Shown here: piece after piece, positions 10,254 through 20,681 of the stretch
How the letters are laid out: each line of letters begins with the position of its first letter
Position numbering within the stretch: position 1 is the first letter of the stretch
The notes under the pieces: generated by a model
The model's database searches: none
What the model was told of the DNA's origin: nothing
Seen by the model: only the letters and a program-made list of their open reading frames with translations
Assembly (NCBI GenBank): GCA_963741955.1
Contig: CAVUKB010000007.1
Span: forward strand, 928,001-992,000
DNA from: an uncultured Acidobacteriota bacterium
Lineage (GTDB): Bacteria; Acidobacteriota; Thermoanaerobaculia; Gp7-AA8
Reading direction: 5' to 3'
Length of the DNA stretch: 64,000 nt
Program-made: the position numbers and the translations under genes

Positions 10254-11027
10254 ATGAGCTCCGCGGAAAAACCGAATCATCGCTACGGCATGGTGATCGA
10301 CCTCGATCGCTGCTCCGGATGCGGCGCCTGCGCGACGGCGTGCGCGGTGGAGAACAACGTTCCGCCGGCGCGGCCCGAAGCGAATGACCGCACCGGCCTC
10401 ACCTGGATGCGCGTTTATCGCGCCGAGAACGGCGAAGATCTTGCGGACGGCCGCGGAGTGTTCATCCCCGTCCTCTGCCAGCAGTGCGAGACCAACACGC
10501 CATGCGTGGCGGTCTGCCCGCAGAACGCGGTCGACGTCAGCCCGGAGACGGGGGTGGTGAGTCAGATCCCGGCCCGCTGTCTCGGATGCCGCTACTGCAT
10601 GGCGGCGTGCCCGTTCCACACCCGCTATTTCAACTGGTTCGATCCGAAGTGGCCTGCCGGGATGGAAGCGACGCTGAATCCCGACGTCTCGGTCCGGATG
10701 CGCGGCGTGGTCGAGAAGTGCAACCTCTGTCACGCGCGCTGGCAGGCGGCGAAGGCGAAGGCCGCGGTCGCCGGGAAGCGCGAGATCGATCCCGCGGACT
10801 ACGTCCCTGCCTGTGTGGAGTCCTGCCCGACCCGCGCGATCGTCTTCGGCGATCTCGACGATGCCGGAAGCGGGGTGGCGAAGGCCGCGAAACAGCGGGA
10901 TGCGTTCCGCCTTCTCGCCCGACTCGGTACCGGAACGAAGATTTTCTACCGTTCGCGCCGGCCCTGGGTGCGCCGTCTCGCAGATGGCGACCTCGCACAG
11001 AGGGAGAAGGAGGTGTCTCGTGTCTGA
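10254..11027 (+). CDS. qrcC: 4Fe-4S dicluster subunit (QrcC/NrfC-like)
   Basis: YGMVIDLDRCSGCGAC, CQQC, CLGCRYCMAACP, EKCNLC, PACVESCP. Confidence 0.85.
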   Translation: MSSAEKPNHRYGMVIDLDRCSGCGACATACAVENNVPPARPEANDRTGLTWMRVYRAENGEDLADGRGVFIPVLCQQCETNTPCVAVCPQNAVDVSPETGVVSQIPARCLGCRYCMAACPFHTRYFNWFDPKWPAGMEATLNPDVSVRMRGVVEKCNLCHARWQAAKAKAAVAGKREIDPADYVPACVESCPTRAIVFGDLDDAGSGVAKAAKQRDAFRLLARLGTGTKIFYRSRRPWVRRLADGDLAQREKEVSRV

Positions 11028-12252
11028 AGCCTTGATCCGACGCGGCGTTCAGCGCTGCTCCCGCGGAAGGTTTCTGGCGTGGCTGGCGCCGTGGGCAGTG
11101 CTGCTGGCGGTTGGCGTCTTCGCGATCGGTCTCTGTCTCGTCGAAGGATTGAACCAGACCAACATGGACAACCGCTTCGCGTTCGGCCTCTGGATCTTCC
11201 TCGACCTGACCGTGATCGCGCTCGGCGCCGGTGCGTTCTTCACCGGCTTCCTCCTCTACATCCTCCGCCGTCACGAGCTGAAGGCGGTGATCAACAGTGC
11301 GGTGGTGATCGGCTTCATCTGCTACTCCGGCGCGGTGCTGGTGCTGATGGTCGACGTCGGCCAGCCCCTGCGTGCGTGGTTCACGTTCTGGCATCCGAAC
11401 GTCCATTCGATGCTCACCGAGGTGACGTTCTGCATCACGTGCTACCTCACGGTGCTGGCGATCGAATATCTCCCGATCATCCTGAAGAACCGCGAGGTTC
11501 GGAAGGTGCCGTCGTATCTCGTCTTCGAGCATCAGCTGCACAAGGCGATGCCGATCCTCGCTGCGACGGGAGCGTTCCTCTCGTTCTTTCACCAGGGATC
11601 GCTCGGAGGTCTGTACGGAGTTCTGCAGGGTCGGCCGTTCGCATTCCGCGAAGGGATCGCGATCTGGCCGACCACGTTCTTCCTCTTCATCCTCTCGGCA
11701 ATCGCGGCCGGACCGGCCTTCGTCCTCCTCACCACCTGGACGGTCTCGAAGATCACCAGGAAGACTCTCGTGAAGCAGGAGGTGTTGCAGCTGCTGTCGA
11801 AGATCTCCGGCTGGCTGCTGATCGTCTACGTCGGGCTGAAGAGCCTCGACACGCTCGGATGGCTGAACGGGACCGCACCGCGGACGGGAATCGTCCCGGC
11901 GCGCTTCTACGGATGGGAGCCATTCGGGAGCTGGATCCTCTTCACCGAGATCGTCCTGCTCGGGCTCGTCCCGGGACTGATGTTCCTGTCACGGCGCACC
12001 AGGGAGAGCACGGGGTGGATGGTCACTGCCTCCGTTCTCGTCTGCGCAGGTGTGGCGCTGAACCGGTTCGTGATGACCATTCAGACTCTCGCGCTCCCGA
12101 CCCTCGAGTTCGATCGTTTCATGCTCTATTTCCCGAGCTGGCAGGAAGTCGCGGCATTCGCCGCAGTGATCGCCTACGGGGTGATTCTCTACTCCGTCTC
12201 GTTCCGTTACCTGACCCTCTTTCCGCAGGAGCGGGAGCTCCAGCAGAGATGA
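11020..12252 (+). CDS. qrcD: NrfD/PsrC-family integral membrane subunit (QrcD-like)
   Basis: Multiple TM helices, FGLWIFLDL, DVGQPLR, HQGSLGG, NRFVMTIQ; GTG start after AAGGAGG. Confidence 0.85.
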   Translation: MSEALIRRGVQRCSRGRFLAWLAPWAVLLAVGVFAIGLCLVEGLNQTNMDNRFAFGLWIFLDLTVIALGAGAFFTGFLLYILRRHELKAVINSAVVIGFICYSGAVLVLMVDVGQPLRAWFTFWHPNVHSMLTEVTFCITCYLTVLAIEYLPIILKNREVRKVPSYLVFEHQLHKAMPILAATGAFLSFFHQGSLGGLYGVLQGRPFAFREGIAIWPTTFFLFILSAIAAGPAFVLLTTWTVSKITRKTLVKQEVLQLLSKISGWLLIVYVGLKSLDTLGWLNGTAPRTGIVPARFYGWEPFGSWILFTEIVLLGLVPGLMFLSRRTRESTGWMVTASVLVCAGVALNRFVMTIQTLALPTLEFDRFMLYFPSWQEVAAFAAVIAYGVILYSVSFRYLTLFPQERELQQR

Positions 12253-12269
12253 GGTCGAGGAGGTATTGA

Positions 12270-13097
12270 ATGTTTCCCGGCATTTATGAATTCAACTGGG
12301 ACGCGCCCCACATCATCTTTCTGGGTGTCTTCTACCTGGTGCTGGTGATCGTCTTCTCGACGCTCTTCATCTCGCTTTTCCGCTCGATTCGCGATTTGCG
12401 GCAGGGCCGCGTCGATGCGATCCGCTGGCACACCGACTTCGAGGATCTCCCGGCCGCCGCGCGAAAGTGCCGGCACGAGATCGTGGGCGACGTCGCCTCC
12501 CGCGTCTGTGTCAATGCGTTCCGGTGTGACCGCTGCGCCGATCACGCCCGTCTCGAGGCGGAGCACCCTTCACGTCCGGGAGCACTGGAGCCGGCGGTGG
12601 CAGGATTCGCTCTCCCTGCGGACCGGCTCTACCACCGCGGCCATACCTGGGTGCGCCCCGAAGAGGACGGGACGATGACCATCGGACTCGACGATCTCGG
12701 GCGGCGACTGAGCGGGGAGCGGGAGTCTTTCGAGCTTCCACGGCCCGGGACGAGACTCCACGCGAACGGAGAAGGATGGATCGTTCGGCAGAGGGGGATC
12801 ACGCTCCGCGTGCAGTCGCCGGTCGCCGGCGAAGTGATTGCAACCGGTGACGCGGGAGACGAGTGGGTACTGAAGATCCGTCCGGAGAGCGACCCGCCGG
12901 AGACGAGACACCTCCTCACTCCGGTAGAAGCTCGCTCGTGGATGCTGCGCGAAGTGGAACGGCTGCAGCTCGCACTCGGATCGGCGGGCCTCGGCGCGAC
13001 GCTCGCCGACGGCGGAACGCCGGTCGAGAATCTCTCCGAGATCATTCCCCCCGACCGTCTCGACGACGTCCTCGGCGACGTCTTCCTCGACCCGTAG
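12270..13097 (+). CDS. Membrane-anchored GcvH-like protein with Cys-rich motif, lacking the lipoyl-Lys
   Basis: N-terminal TM, CRH...C...CDRC, LYHRGHTWV, IGLDD, SPVAGEV. Confidence 0.75.
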   Translation: MFPGIYEFNWDAPHIIFLGVFYLVLVIVFSTLFISLFRSIRDLRQGRVDAIRWHTDFEDLPAAARKCRHEIVGDVASRVCVNAFRCDRCADHARLEAEHPSRPGALEPAVAGFALPADRLYHRGHTWVRPEEDGTMTIGLDDLGRRLSGERESFELPRPGTRLHANGEGWIVRQRGITLRVQSPVAGEVIATGDAGDEWVLKIRPESDPPETRHLLTPVEARSWMLREVERLQLALGSAGLGATLADGGTPVENLSEIIPPDRLDDVLGDVFLDP

Positions 13098-13105
13098 ATG
13101 CGGTA

Positions 13106-13538
13106 GCCCCGCAGGGGCGATTGACGGATTCCGGACGGAAAGACCGCGGAGGCAAAGCCCCGTAGGGGCGATTGACAATAGCCCAGGGCGCAGCCCTGGG
13201 GTGACGTGCGGACGAAATCCCTGTTCGACAGCCCCGGAGGGGCGATTGAAAATAGCCCAGGGCGCAGCCCTGGGATGTCAACGGAAAGCTCGCGGTGGCA
13301 AAGCCCCGTAGGGGCGATTGACAGTAGCCCAGGGCGCAGCCCTGGGGTGTCAACGGAAAGACCGCGGAGGCGGAGCCCCGTAGGGGCGATTGACAGTAGC
13401 CCAGGGCGCAGCCCTGGGGTGTCAACGGAAAGCTCGCGGTGGCAAAGCCCCGTAGGGGCGATTGAAAATAGCCCAGGACGCAGTCCTGGGATGACGACGG
13501 AAAGACCATGGTTGCGGAGCCCCGGAGGGGCGATTGAG
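13106..13538. repeat. REP-like palindrome array (~72-bp period, about 7 units) downstream of the RAYT
   Basis: Repeated AGCCCCGTAGGGGCGATTGA-N-TAGCCCAGGGCGCAGCCCTGGG. Confidence 0.9.
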
Positions 13539-13991
13539 TCATCCCCACACGTACTTCGGATCGTATTCGATCCCGTGGACGTCGAGGAACTCCAGAAACT
13601 CCTCCTGAAACGTCTTCGCCTTGTGATGCTTCTCCTGATTACGGATGTACTGCTCGGTCTTCTCCCGCGCGGAGATACTGAGGCTGAACGCGCCGTATCC
13701 TTCCTGCCATGCGAATCCGTGCGCACGGGGAAATGTCTCTTTCACGAACTTCGACGAACCGGCCTTGATCAACTGCATCGCCCTCGCGATGGAAATCTTC
13801 GCGGGGATCGAAAGAAGGATGTGCGCGTGGTCGAAATAGCCTCCGACTTCCAGAGCGCGCATTTCGTTCTCGCGAGCAATGCCTCCGATAAAGGGCCAGA
13901 GTCGCTCGCGAAGGTCTCGCTCGAGAAAGGGTTCACGGTTCTTCGTGCTGAAGATGCAGTGCACAAGACAGCTCGTGAAGGTATGTCCCAT
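13539..13991 (-). mobile_element. tnpA: IS200-like Y1 HUH transposase, REP-associated (RAYT)
   Basis: HCIFSTKNR, DHAHIL (HUH), WQEGYGAFS, YIRNQ..HH; flanked by REP arrays. Confidence 0.9.
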
Positions 13992-14011
13992 CGTGGTATC
14001 AACTCCTCGAT

Positions 14012-14277
14012 TCAATCGCCCCTCCGGGGCTCATCGATTTTACACGACGCTTGATGCGACCCCAGGACTGCGTCCTGGGCTATTGTCAATCGCCCCTACG
14101 GGGCTCGGGATGATGGCGATGATTGTATGGGAACCGGCATCCTGACCCCAGGACTGCGTCCTGGGCTATTGTCAATCGCCCCTCCGGGGCTCGTGATGAC
14201 CGGGATGATTGTATTGGGATCGCCATCCTGACCCCAGGACTTCGTCCTGGGCTATTGTCAATCGCCCCTACGGGGCT
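14012..14277. repeat. REP-like array in inverted orientation (~86-bp period, 4 units)
   Basis: CCCAGGACTGCGTCCTGGGCTATTGTCAATCGCCCCTACGGGGCT repeated. Confidence 0.9.
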
Positions 14278-14326
14278 ACCCCCGACCCCCGACCCCTGAT
14301 CTCTGCTCCCCGCCCCCCCCGGCCCG

Positions 14327-15697
<1,371 letters not shown>

Positions 15698-16261
15698 GAT
15701 CGGGTTCTCCGTCCTGCGAAACGGCGGCGGTGCGTGACGCTGCGAGCGCGTCGTGGAGAAGCAGCTCGCAGTCGCCGCAGAAGCCGTCGCCTTTCGCGTC
15801 GAGTTTCCGGATGTCGGTCGAAAGAGCCATGGTGCACTGCGGGTTCTCGCAATGCGTCAGGCCATAGGCGTGTCCGATCTCGTGCAGCACTTCCTTCCGG
15901 ACACGCAGGAGGAAGAGCGATGGATTCGAGGGAAGACCGTAGAACTCCTGACGCAGCCGGGCGAATGAAAGAATCGCTGCGGGTCCGTCGAGCTGCGCCT
16001 GTCCGTAGACGAACGAGAGCATGGGGATGAAGAGATCGCGTTCGGTCAGGACGAGGAGCTTTTCCGCGGCCGCGGGGCGGCGCGGGATCGCGTCGCGCAG
16101 AATCAGGGTCGAACTGTATTGGGACCGCGCAGGATCGAACGCGTACTCCGGCTCGGGAAGCGGCTCGAGCCGCCGGATTGCGACGCCGAGAACCGACTCG
16201 AGGGACCGCGAAGCCCAGGCCGCTGCATTCGCCTCCACCATTCCTGCCTCCACCACCGCGA

Positions 16262-17902
16262 TCAGACCCACCGCGACTCTTCCAATCCCGTCTTCGCAGC
16301 CGCGGGCGCCGACGGGGTGGTCTCCGCGACGTCGTTCGTGCGCGGCAGCGACACGTGGAACGAGGTTCCTTCGCCGACGTGACTGGTGACCTCGATCTCT
16401 CCGTTGTGTGCCTTCACGATCCCGTACACCACCGCGAGTCCGAGTCCCACCCCTTTGCCTTCTTCCTTGGTGGTGAAGAAGGGATCGAAAATCTTCGAGA
16501 GAAGCTCCGAGGGAATCCCCGCGCCGGTATCGGAGACTTCGAGCAGCACGTGCTCCTCGTCGTGCGAGGTCTTCACCGTCACCTTCCCTCCTCCTTTCAG
16601 CGCCTCGGCGCCGTTCAGGAGAAGGTTGATCACTACCTGCTGGATTTGCGACGGATCGCAGCGAAGCGTGGGGAGCTTCTCGTCCAGCTGCAGGTCGAGT
16701 GCGACGTTCGCGAGCTGCAGTTTGTGCGCGACGAGCGACACGGTGGTCCGGATCACCGCGTTGAGATCTCCTTCGATGTTCTGCGGCTTCGAGCGGCGGG
16801 AAAAGGAGAGGAGATCCGAGACGATCCGGCCGACCCGGGAGGTCTCGGTCGAGACCTGCTCGAGGTAGCGGCGGAACTCGGCGATCCGTGCGGGAGGAAT
16901 GCCGTCGTCCTTCAGGATCCGCTGCATCAGCATGGAGAGATTCAGGACACCGGAGAGAGGATTGTTGATCTCGTGCGCCACGCTGGCGGCGAGCTCGCCG
17001 AGAGACGCGAGACGGTCGGTCTGGATCAGCTTCTGCTGGGCGATCTTGAGCTGCCGGGTCCGTTCCTCGACTTTCGATTCGAGCTTCTGAGTGAACTCCG
17101 CGTTCTGGTCCATCGCGAGCTTGAGCCGCTCGCGCATCAGGTTGAATGATCGCGCCAGATGCTCGAACTCCTCGCTCGAGCGGATCTCGATCGGCTGGTC
17201 GAGCTGCATCTCGCTGATCGACTTCGTCGCCGCGATCAGACGGCGGATCGGCTTGTCGATCACGTTGTGGGTGAAGATCAGGAGGAAGATCACGATCAGC
17301 GTGATCTCGCCGGCGGTGAGGAGGCCGGTGCGGAGCCGGATCGCGCTCATGTCCTCATCGATCCGCGACGCGTCGAGGGTGAGGTCGAGAACGCCGAGAA
17401 CTCTGACGCTGGCGGGGTGCGCGTGGCACGAAGCCTGGCTGCACGAAGGCTCGTTGTAGATGGGGGTGATCATGGCGATGGCGCGGGTGCCGTCGGGACG
17501 GCGGAACATCCGGGCGCGCGAGGGAACGTCGACCTTGACCAGCGGCCTCGCCGCGGCGTGGCAGGGGGAGCAGACCTCCGCACTCTCATCGACGTGAATC
17601 TTCTCCGTCGGAGTGGTGGAGAACATCAGGCGCCCGTCCTTGTTGAACATCCGGATCAGGGAGATCCCCTGCTTGTCGGCGATGGTCTTCATCACCTCGT
17701 AGCTCGCCTGGCGATGGTCGGCGAGCATGGATTGCCAGGTCGCGCTGGTGATGCTGCGCGAGAGCTGGTCGGCGCCGAGGACCATGCTCTCGACCAGCTG
17801 GCGCTCCTGGCTCTTCAGATTGGCGTAGAGCGAGAACGTGGTGACGATCAGGGCGATGACTGCGAGCGCGAGAATCAGCTTCGTCGCGAGGCGCCGAGGC
17901 AC
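16262..17902 (-). CDS. Membrane sensor histidine kinase with putative heme-c sensor domain and HAMP
   Basis: Two TMs, periplasmic CSPCH and CSQASCH, VAHEINNPL, NLLLN, DTGAGI, FFTTK, GLGL; GTG start after GGAGG. Confidence 0.9.
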   Translation of the reverse strand: MPRRLATKLILALAVIALIVTTFSLYANLKSQERQLVESMVLGADQLSRSITSATWQSMLADHRQASYEVMKTIADKQGISLIRMFNKDGRLMFSTTPTEKIHVDESAEVCSPCHAAARPLVKVDVPSRARMFRRPDGTRAIAMITPIYNEPSCSQASCHAHPASVRVLGVLDLTLDASRIDEDMSAIRLRTGLLTAGEITLIVIFLLIFTHNVIDKPIRRLIAATKSISEMQLDQPIEIRSSEEFEHLARSFNLMRERLKLAMDQNAEFTQKLESKVEERTRQLKIAQQKLIQTDRLASLGELAASVAHEINNPLSGVLNLSMLMQRILKDDGIPPARIAEFRRYLEQVSTETSRVGRIVSDLLSFSRRSKPQNIEGDLNAVIRTTVSLVAHKLQLANVALDLQLDEKLPTLRCDPSQIQQVVINLLLNGAEALKGGGKVTVKTSHDEEHVLLEVSDTGAGIPSELLSKIFDPFFTTKEEGKGVGLGLAVVYGIVKAHNGEIEVTSHVGEGTSFHVSLPRTNDVAETTPSAPAAAKTGLEESRWV

Positions 17903-18013
17903 GATTCCACCTCCATGGGGCGACTCCCTTCCATAATTTAATCCCTGTTTACGTTTGGGTCCGGTCATCCGAACCGAGCGGATGTGACGCGGAGGAGAAG
18001 ACGACTGCAGAAT

Positions 18014-18278
18014 GGAGAAGACGAATGCAGAATGCAGAGTTCAGAATGAAGAATTGAGAAGGGGAAAGGGTCGAGCCGGGCGGCGTCGAGCGGGGAGGGG
18101 GGAGGGGAGCGACGAGCGGGGAGCGACGAGCGGAGAGGGGGGGAGGCGAGCGGCGAGGCACGATAAATTCAGGCGCCACCGGCGGGCAATTCAGGCGCCG
18201 CCCGTGAAATGACTCCGTTGTCCGTTCTCCCTTCTCAATTCTGAATTCTGAATTCTGCATTCTGCATTCGTCTTCTCC
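18014..18278. repeat. Long inverted repeat of heptamer arrays (AGAATGC/AGAATTC vs ATTCTGA/ATTCTGC)
   Basis: GGAGAAGACGAATGCAGAATGCAG... mirrored by ...CTGCATTCTGCATTCGTCTTCTCC. Confidence 0.8.
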
Positions 18279-18414
18279 TCCGGTCCGGATCCTCCGATCC
18301 GCCGCGTGAATCAGATTCGCGCGTGGAAGGGGAGCCTGGGGGAGAAGCGGAGCGAATTCGAAATTCGAAAATCCTGCGGAATACCCGCGCCGCCCGCGCC
18401 GTTACTCGGGGTCC

Positions 18415-18443
18415 TTGACGCGAGAGGGCACGACGGAGATAAT
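18415..18443 (+). promoter_or_regulatory. Sigma70 promoter for the tRNA
   Basis: TTGACG-17 nt-GATAAT, 75 bp upstream of the tRNA. Confidence 0.65.
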
Positions 18444-18518
18444 CCCCCCTCGCGAGCGCGGCCCGGAATCAGTGGGCACGGCGCGGAAGCAACCGGCACC
18501 GCCGGATGTTGACAGTGA

Positions 18519-18596
<78 letters not shown>

Positions 18597-18608
18597 CTGA
18601 AATCGAGC

Positions 18609-18636
18609 GAACGCCGCCGCGAGGCGGCGTTTCTTT
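18609..18636 (+). terminator. Intrinsic terminator after the tRNA (repeated in each array unit)
   Basis: GAACGCCGCC-GCGA-GGCGGCGTTTC followed by TTT. Confidence 0.7.
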
Positions 18637-18697
18637 GCAAAGAGAGGGTCTCGATCCGGCAGAGTTCGAGAGGGGCTCATAATCCCGCAAGGCGGGA

Positions 18698-18728
<31 letters not shown>

Positions 18729-18829
18729 CTGAAATCGAGCGAACGCCGCCGCGAGGCGGCGTTTCTTTGCAAGGAGAGGGTCTCGATCCGGCAGAGTTCG
18801 AGAAAGGCTCATAATCCCGCAAGGCGGGA

Positions 18830-18860
<31 letters not shown>

Positions 18861-18961
18861 CTGAAATCGAGCGAACGCCGCCGCGAGGCGGCGTTTCTTT
18901 GCAAGGAGAGGGTCTCGATCCGGCAGAGTTCGAGAAAGGCTCATAATCCCGCAAGGCGGGA

Positions 18962-18992
<31 letters not shown>

Positions 18993-19038
18993 CTGAAATC
19001 GAGCGAACGCCGCCGCGAGGCGGCGTTTCCTGTTTCAC

Positions 19039-19332
19039 ATGTCACGGGTGAGCCAACAGCCATACTCGTTGTACGTCCTCTGGAGCGAGCGAGGTCGTCG
19101 GTTCTACATCGGAATCAGCGAAGATCCAGGTCGCCGATTGGAGCAGCACAACTCGGACGAGAACAAGGGATGGACGCGTAGGTACGCCCCCTGGAAGATG
19201 GCTCACGTCGAGAGATTCGAAACGTACGCGGACGCGCGGCGGCGAGAGATCGAATTGAAAGCGCAGAAGAGAGGCTGCGGATTTTTCGAGAAGACCGGCC
19301 TCGACCCCACCGAATTCGGGTTGGGCTCATAA
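19039..19332 (+). CDS. Small stand-alone GIY-YIG nuclease
   Basis: LYVLWS....FYIG.S.D..RRL.QHN, ARRREIELK. Confidence 0.9.
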   Translation: MSRVSQQPYSLYVLWSERGRRFYIGISEDPGRRLEQHNSDENKGWTRRYAPWKMAHVERFETYADARRREIELKAQKRGCGFFEKTGLDPTEFGLGS

Positions 19333-19347
19333 TCCCGCAAGGCGGGA

Positions 19348-19378
<31 letters not shown>

Positions 19379-19479
19379 CTGAAATCGAGCGAACGCCGCC
19401 GCGAGGCGGCGTTTCTTTGCAAAGAGAGGGTCTCGATCCGGCGGAGTTCGAGAGGGGCTCATAATCCCGCAAGGCGGGA

Positions 19480-19510
<31 letters not shown>

Positions 19511-19625
19511 CTGAAATCGAGCGAACGCCGCCGCGAGGCGGCGTTTTTGTTCTCTTTCTCTGGAAATCCACTCGGCCGACACTTCTCGCTCTGCTACGGG
19601 TCCTGATCTGTGCCAGACTGACAAT

Positions 19626-20681
19626 GTGGACGAACCATTCATCGCGCGGTTGGAGCAGAGCTGCGATACGAAGTGGCATGCCATTGACCGGGCCGCCGAA
19701 CGTACGCAGACGGAATTGCGCCGGATCGGAACGGCTCTCGCGAAGTTCGACGATCCTTCGACCTCAATCATCGCAACAGGTTCGTACGGTCGAGGTGAGG
19801 TGACTGGGAAAAGCGATCTGGACTGGATTCTCCTCATCGACGGCCCTTCGGATCCCAACCATCTCAAGCTTGCTCGCGGTATCGAAAGCGAGTTGGCGAA
19901 GATGGAGATCAAGTCTCCTGGACCGACCGGGACGTTCGGCTCCCTGGTCGACAGCCACGAGCTCGTTCATCACATCGGCGGTACGAGTGATACCAACGAG
20001 AATCTCACGAGGCGGGTGCTCCTCCTGACCGAATCGGTGGCGCTCACTCACCCCGAAATCAGGGAACGGGTGATCCGAAATGTCCTCTCTCGGTACGTAG
20101 TTCACGATCGTCCGATCGCCAGCCGCTCCGACCGCAAACCAAGCCGCATTCCACATTTTCTGTTGAACGATGTGGTGCGCTACTGGCGCACGATTGCTTC
20201 GGATTTCGCTTCGAAGATGTGGGAACGAGCGGGAGAGGGATGGGCGATTCGAAATGTGAAGCTTCGATTCTCCAGGAAACTGATCTTCGTAGCCGGACTT
20301 CTAACGTGCTTTTCCGCCGAAATCCTCAGGCCGGTTCCACTCGAGGGTGCTTCAGACGACGAAGCCTTCTTCGTTCTCCTGGCCGACTTCATCCGTGAAC
20401 AGAGCAACCTGCAGCCACTGGAAAAGCTGGCTCGAACGATTCTTCCGTATCCCGAGACGGCCCTGAAAATTCTGGGGCCGTATGATTTCTTTCTTTCGAT
20501 CCTCGATGACGAATCCGAACGGGAGGTGCTTGAAAAGGTCACCTTCGAGCAGGCGCCATCGAATGAGATCTATAATCGACTTCGGGACCGAAGCCAGGAA
20601 TTCCGTGACGGTATCGAGAGGCTGTTCTTCGACGACGATCCGGATTTGCGGCGACTGATTCGAAAGGTGGGGGTGTTCTGA
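19626..20681 (+). CDS. Pol-beta superfamily nucleotidyltransferase with helical C-terminal region
   Basis: TGSYGRGEVTGKSDLD motif; LTRRVLLLTES, LLNDVVRYWRT, RNVKLRFSRK. Confidence 0.75.
   Translation: MDEPFIARLEQSCDTKWHAIDRAAERTQTELRRIGTALAKFDDPSTSIIATGSYGRGEVTGKSDLDWILLIDGPSDPNHLKLARGIESELAKMEIKSPGPTGTFGSLVDSHELVHHIGGTSDTNENLTRRVLLLTESVALTHPEIRERVIRNVLSRYVVHDRPIASRSDRKPSRIPHFLLNDVVRYWRTIASDFASKMWERAGEGWAIRNVKLRFSRKLIFVAGLLTCFSAEILRPVPLEGASDDEAFFVLLADFIREQSNLQPLEKLARTILPYPETALKILGPYDFFLSILDDESEREVLEKVTFEQAPSNEIYNRLRDRSQEFRDGIERLFFDDDPDLRRLIRKVGVF

Noticed and set aside
8094-10733. 879-aa minus-strand ORF and similar long antisense ORFs (e.g. 14501-16030, 31254-33428, 38494-40320, 47798-49987)
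   Set aside because: Shadow ORFs opposite well-supported genes in high-GC DNA, with no motifs of their own.
6501-13097. Glycine cleavage system
   Set aside because: No lipoyl-Lys in either H-like protein and no gcvP or gcvT in the window.
13106-14277. CRISPR array
   Set aside because: Repeats are inverted around a Y1 transposase and the spacers are related to each other, which fits REPs.
19626-20681. CBASS cyclase (CD-NTase)
   Set aside because: The motif context looks more like GlnD/minimal NTases by eye and no Cap effector is adjacent; not excluded without an HMM search.
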